This document shows positions 60,672-64,000 of a stretch of DNA of 64,000 nt, piece after piece. Each line of letters begins with the position of its first letter. Within the stretch, counting starts at the first letter, position 1. The position numbers and the translations under genes were made by a program. The stretch comes from a virus. Taxonomy: Duplodnaviria; Caudoviricetes. Below the pieces are notes generated by a model that worked only from the letters and a program-made list of their open reading frames with translations, was not told the DNA's origin and did not search any database. The stretch spans positions 37,450 through 101,449 of IMG/VR virus record IMGVR_UViG_3300033069_001588. One strand, 5' to 3'.

Positions 60672-62249
60672 TCACGGTAATATAATTGTATGATTGTGCC
60701 CAAGCACCTTTTGCACTACACCCCCAATTATTGGATGATTATGACCTTGATTAACGGCAGTTGTTTGATTGATTTGATTAACAGAGATTATCTTTTCGTT
60801 TATTACAATTTCGTGAACATGAGGAGGAATTCCAGGTACAAAACCAACGGTAGTTGATAATTTTGATGGAAACATTGATGTATTTCTAAACACTCTGATT
60901 TGATAAGCTGGATCAAACTTTCTAATTCTCATAACTCTAAATAATTGACCACCTTGTTGATTCAAAATAGTATTGTTTCTAGTTACAGAAATGACTTCAT
61001 ATCTAAATTCTTCATTATCATCAATATCAAATAAAATTATGATATCTCTAGTTTTGATCGTAGGAACTGTTAAAGTCCATAAATTCAATGGAAATTCTGA
61101 TTCCATTCCAGCTTCATACATTTTAGTTTGTTCATCTGTTGGGGATGGTCTAACCATAATTCTGCCATCTGATTGTCTTGGATTAAAATATTGTTCGTAT
61201 CCAAAGACAAACTTGGTACCATAGCATAGCGGACATCTGTCATCAGGATATTCGCTACTAGCCAAGTAACAAGAACAAGTAATACCAGTTTGAACTCTTT
61301 TAATCAATACGGCTGGTCTACCAGTAACAGATAACTCAACTTCTTGTCTTTGATCATTATGATCTTGCAAATTGAATCCTCTCAAAATATTGTAGTTACC
61401 ATAACCGTCTATGCAGCCCATTTCTCCACCAATATAACTTCCTACACAGGTACCATTAAGTAAAAGTACCGGATCGGTTCTGTGATATCCAGCATAATCG
61501 TACATTGGAAAATTTACATTAGCGGCATCGGAAGCTCCAAGATCAGTAGATAACAAATCTTTAGTTACTTGATGATAGCCATCAATTAAAGTATATGGAT
61601 AATTAGGGTATTCAAATCTAGATTGACATACAAAAATTCTATCAAATAGAGAAGATTCATCAATGGTAAATTGAATAACTGTCGGATCCCAAAATGTGAT
61701 GCCATCAAAACCAGCCGTAGTATGTGATCTAGCAATTGAGTTATTGTAGCCCCTTTGTAATAGATCTGTCAATATCAAATTCATATTGACGACATCTATA
61801 GAAGAATATTGTATTAATTCTGCACCAACTTTAATTACACCGCTTGGAGAAAATCCACTCACATCCAATAATGGAATAACCAAGTCAGTTGCAGAAATAT
61901 CTTGTCTTAAAATGCTGAAAGGGTATACTCTCAAATTATCATAAGCAACGGGCAATTGATTCAAATCGAATGCTAATGGATCATATTCAACTGGTCTAAC
62001 GCTAAAGAAATATTCTTGACCGGGAACTAAATCAATAATATTGGCTTCTAAAGTTCCATCTATGGAAACATATTTAACACCATCAGTGAAAACATTTTCT
62101 TTAATGGTGGAATAATAAAGATGATATGCTATTTGATTGGTTTTTATTGTTGGATATGCTTGGAACCATTTCATGTTGATGGTGTACCCGTCGCCCAAGC
62201 TTTGGATGTGATCTAATCCGGCACGTACAGGATTAAGATAATATGGCAT
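60672..62249 (-). CDS. Neck/head-closure-like protein with N-terminal FN3-like domain, CxC-CxxC zinc motif and His-rich tail
   Basis: KWFQ...YHLYY...DLVPGQEYFFSVR; TCSC...RCPLCYGT; PHVH...GHNH...GHNH; GGAG RBS before ATG 62249. Confidence 0.55.
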   Translation of the reverse strand: MPYYLNPVRAGLDHIQSLGDGYTINMKWFQAYPTIKTNQIAYHLYYSTIKENVFTDGVKYVSIDGTLEANIIDLVPGQEYFFSVRPVEYDPLAFDLNQLPVAYDNLRVYPFSILRQDISATDLVIPLLDVSGFSPSGVIKVGAELIQYSSIDVVNMNLILTDLLQRGYNNSIARSHTTAGFDGITFWDPTVIQFTIDESSLFDRIFVCQSRFEYPNYPYTLIDGYHQVTKDLLSTDLGASDAANVNFPMYDYAGYHRTDPVLLLNGTCVGSYIGGEMGCIDGYGNYNILRGFNLQDHNDQRQEVELSVTGRPAVLIKRVQTGITCSCYLASSEYPDDRCPLCYGTKFVFGYEQYFNPRQSDGRIMVRPSPTDEQTKMYEAGMESEFPLNLWTLTVPTIKTRDIIILFDIDDNEEFRYEVISVTRNNTILNQQGGQLFRVMRIRKFDPAYQIRVFRNTSMFPSKLSTTVGFVPGIPPHVHEIVINEKIISVNQINQTTAVNQGHNHPIIGGVVQKVLGHNHTIILP

Positions 62250-62985
62250 TGGGTTCTCCATTTTTAGTAATTATGTTTTCCAATTCTATGTATTTTTCAT
62301 ATTTTCTATCAAGGCATAATATATTACTGTCTCCATACAAAAATTTCAATATTGAATGTACATTATTATTTCCAGTATATTGAAGAGAGCCTATACCACT
62401 ATCTTGACCAATGATTTTGGTTTCAGTAGGAATTTCACAATTTTTGAACAGTACATCATGAAATGAAGTTAAAAACTCTTTTGTTCCACGAAGATGTAAT
62501 CGAGCTTGCGGCGTTTTTCTTAATTTACCATTGCTATACTTTTTATCAAATCCTATACTTCCATCACCATCAAAATATCCTGCTAAAAAACTATTAATGT
62601 ATTTATGATTCTTAATATGATCTGGCAAGTTGTATGTTAATGATTTATTTGAATGTATTCCAAACTTTTTCAAATCTTCTATATATTCTGGAGAATACAA
62701 TAATAGAGTATAACTTATACTATCATTATACTTAAGGTTTCTTTTACTATTTTTTATTACTCTTTTGTACAGTTTATGATTTGATTTTATCATATTTTGT
62801 ATTTTTTGAAGATGTGATTTATCATTTTCTTTTAATGATATTCCAATGTCATTATGCTTTTTGTTTCGAGAATCTATTTTCTCATAGATCCATCCATCAG
62901 CAGCTATAAATCCTGCTAAATAAAATGATTCACAAGTCTCTTCTTTGAAAAAATCTTTGTTGAATGTATGTTTAGTATATCCCAT
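62233..62985 (-). CDS. Two-motif LAGLIDADG homing endonuclease
   Basis: FYLAGFIAADGWI and FLAGYFDGDGSI; NKSL motif. Confidence 0.88.
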   Translation of the reverse strand: MGYTKHTFNKDFFKEETCESFYLAGFIAADGWIYEKIDSRNKKHNDIGISLKENDKSHLQKIQNMIKSNHKLYKRVIKNSKRNLKYNDSISYTLLLYSPEYIEDLKKFGIHSNKSLTYNLPDHIKNHKYINSFLAGYFDGDGSIGFDKKYSNGKLRKTPQARLHLRGTKEFLTSFHDVLFKNCEIPTETKIIGQDSGIGSLQYTGNNNVHSILKFLYGDSNILCLDRKYEKYIELENIITKNGEPNAILS

Positions 62986-63002
62986 ATTACAATACTATGA
63001 TA

Positions 63003-63938
63003 TTACCATTTTTCCATTTCTTTCCATAATAATTTGGCGGCTAATTTCCATTTATGTAGAGCATTGTCTTTTAAGTATTTAAAAAAATCTATTGGATTTG
63101 TAGATATGAATTTAGAAAAATGTAAAATTTTTCTCTTATCATTTTGTGATATTTGATAATTTGATGATAGATCTTTTAAGATATTTTTATACAATGTATT
63201 AGGTAATCCCAAAGCAGCTTTACATAATTCTATTTTATTATCTTGATAAATAGTACGAGATTTAATAATCCTTTCTAACAACATAAAATTATGTCTTAAA
63301 GAAGGATAAAATTCTGTATCTTGCTTATCATGTGGCAATGTAACCTGCCAAAACATATCTTCTGGCTCTCTATATTTTTTAGGCGGCAATCCAGATACAT
63401 CTGGATCTTTTTTACCCTCATTAATAAATCTATTTAAAGAATCTTGAATATAATGTGTTAATTCATGAGCAATGACTTCTTTTAACCAATGCACTATTTG
63501 TTTAAAACCATCAATGGAATCAACGTCTGGCAATATTACTTCCATTGAACGTGTAGAAGAATCATATGTGCCGCCATGTTTTACAGTCCAACTATTTGTT
63601 CTAGTATTAACAGTAATGTCATCTAAAATAAATCCAGTTTTATCTTTTATATTTTTCACTATTTCATCATATTTGGATGACTTAAAATATCTCAATTGAT
63701 ATAGAGGAATATGAAATATCCTATATCCAGCATTAGGATGTTGCCCATTATCTTTTCCTAAATATTGTTTGGCATAATTTATCAATTGTTCATCTTGTGT
63801 ATTTGCAATAACATTTTTTGCAAATAAAGAAAACACAAATTCTGATATTTGATTAACTGAACTTTCAGGAAGCTGAACTAATCCCGCCAGTTTTTCGAAA
63901 TATTCGCATCTACTTAAAATTTCACTTATTTTATCCAT
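63003..63938 (-). CDS. Zincin-like metallopeptidase with shared N-terminal leader
   Basis: GGTYD...VIAHELTHYIQ (HEXXH), downstream E in DTEFYP; ATG 63938 starts MDKISEILSRCEYFEKLA. Confidence 0.65.
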   Translation of the reverse strand: MDKISEILSRCEYFEKLAGLVQLPESSVNQISEFVFSLFAKNVIANTQDEQLINYAKQYLGKDNGQHPNAGYRIFHIPLYQLRYFKSSKYDEIVKNIKDKTGFILDDITVNTRTNSWTVKHGGTYDSSTRSMEVILPDVDSIDGFKQIVHWLKEVIAHELTHYIQDSLNRFINEGKKDPDVSGLPPKKYREPEDMFWQVTLPHDKQDTEFYPSLRHNFMLLERIIKSRTIYQDNKIELCKAALGLPNTLYKNILKDLSSNYQISQNDKRKILHFSKFISTNPIDFFKYLKDNALHKWKLAAKLLWKEMEKW

Positions 63939-64000
63939 ATTAACTCTCGACAAAAACTTGGGGACTATATTATTAGGGGAAGTAGTATATGATCTGATCA

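Noticed and set aside
1673-62985. Group I introns or inteins around the endonucleases
   Set aside because: Flanking genes look intact, spacers are too short for intron cores, and no intein Cys/His-Asn termini were seen
2192-63699. Many short opposite-strand or alternate-frame ORFs in the track
   Set aside because: They lie inside well-supported genes and lack motifs or RBSs
1-64000. Stop-codon reassignment
   Set aside because: Genes up to 7 kb are open and densely packed in the standard code
1-64000. tRNA or rRNA genes
   Set aside because: The few spacers long enough show no cloverleaf or rRNA signatures

Overview
AT-rich segment of a large, probably jumbo, myovirus-type bacteriophage genome, almost all on the minus strand in the standard code. 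Positions 11.4-62.3 kb are a contractile-tail module. In transcription order it holds a neck/head-closure protein, fibre, Ig-repeat protein, holin-like protein, giant beta-helix spike, tail terminator, sheath, tube, tail chaperone pair with a -1 frameshift, tape measure, tube initiator, hub, central spike, a membrane-segment protein, gp25, baseplate J, a 2378-aa wedge and a dockerin-containing fibre/baseplate protein. Positions 1-11.3 kb hold a UvsW-like helicase, a tubulin/FtsZ-family (PhuZ/TubZ-like) GTPase, an RmlB-like sugar enzyme, a GT4 glycosyltransferase, a zinc-less Fpg/Nei and small proteins. Nine free-standing homing endonucleases of four families are packed between genes. The most notable sequence-visible signals are: (1) an 18-aa N-terminal leader shared by unrelated proteins, one a HEXXH protease; (2) a shared C-terminal RxxD/NLxxFx tag on four small proteins; (3) beta-modules reused and nested across sheath, baseplate J, wedge and fibre, one splitting a dockerin; (4) hairpins that cover translation starts and contain promoter-like motifs; (5) an SD-assisted A-AAA-AAA frameshift. 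No capsid, terminase, tRNA, rRNA or CRISPR array was seen. All calls come from motif reading and gene order; no database searches were run.
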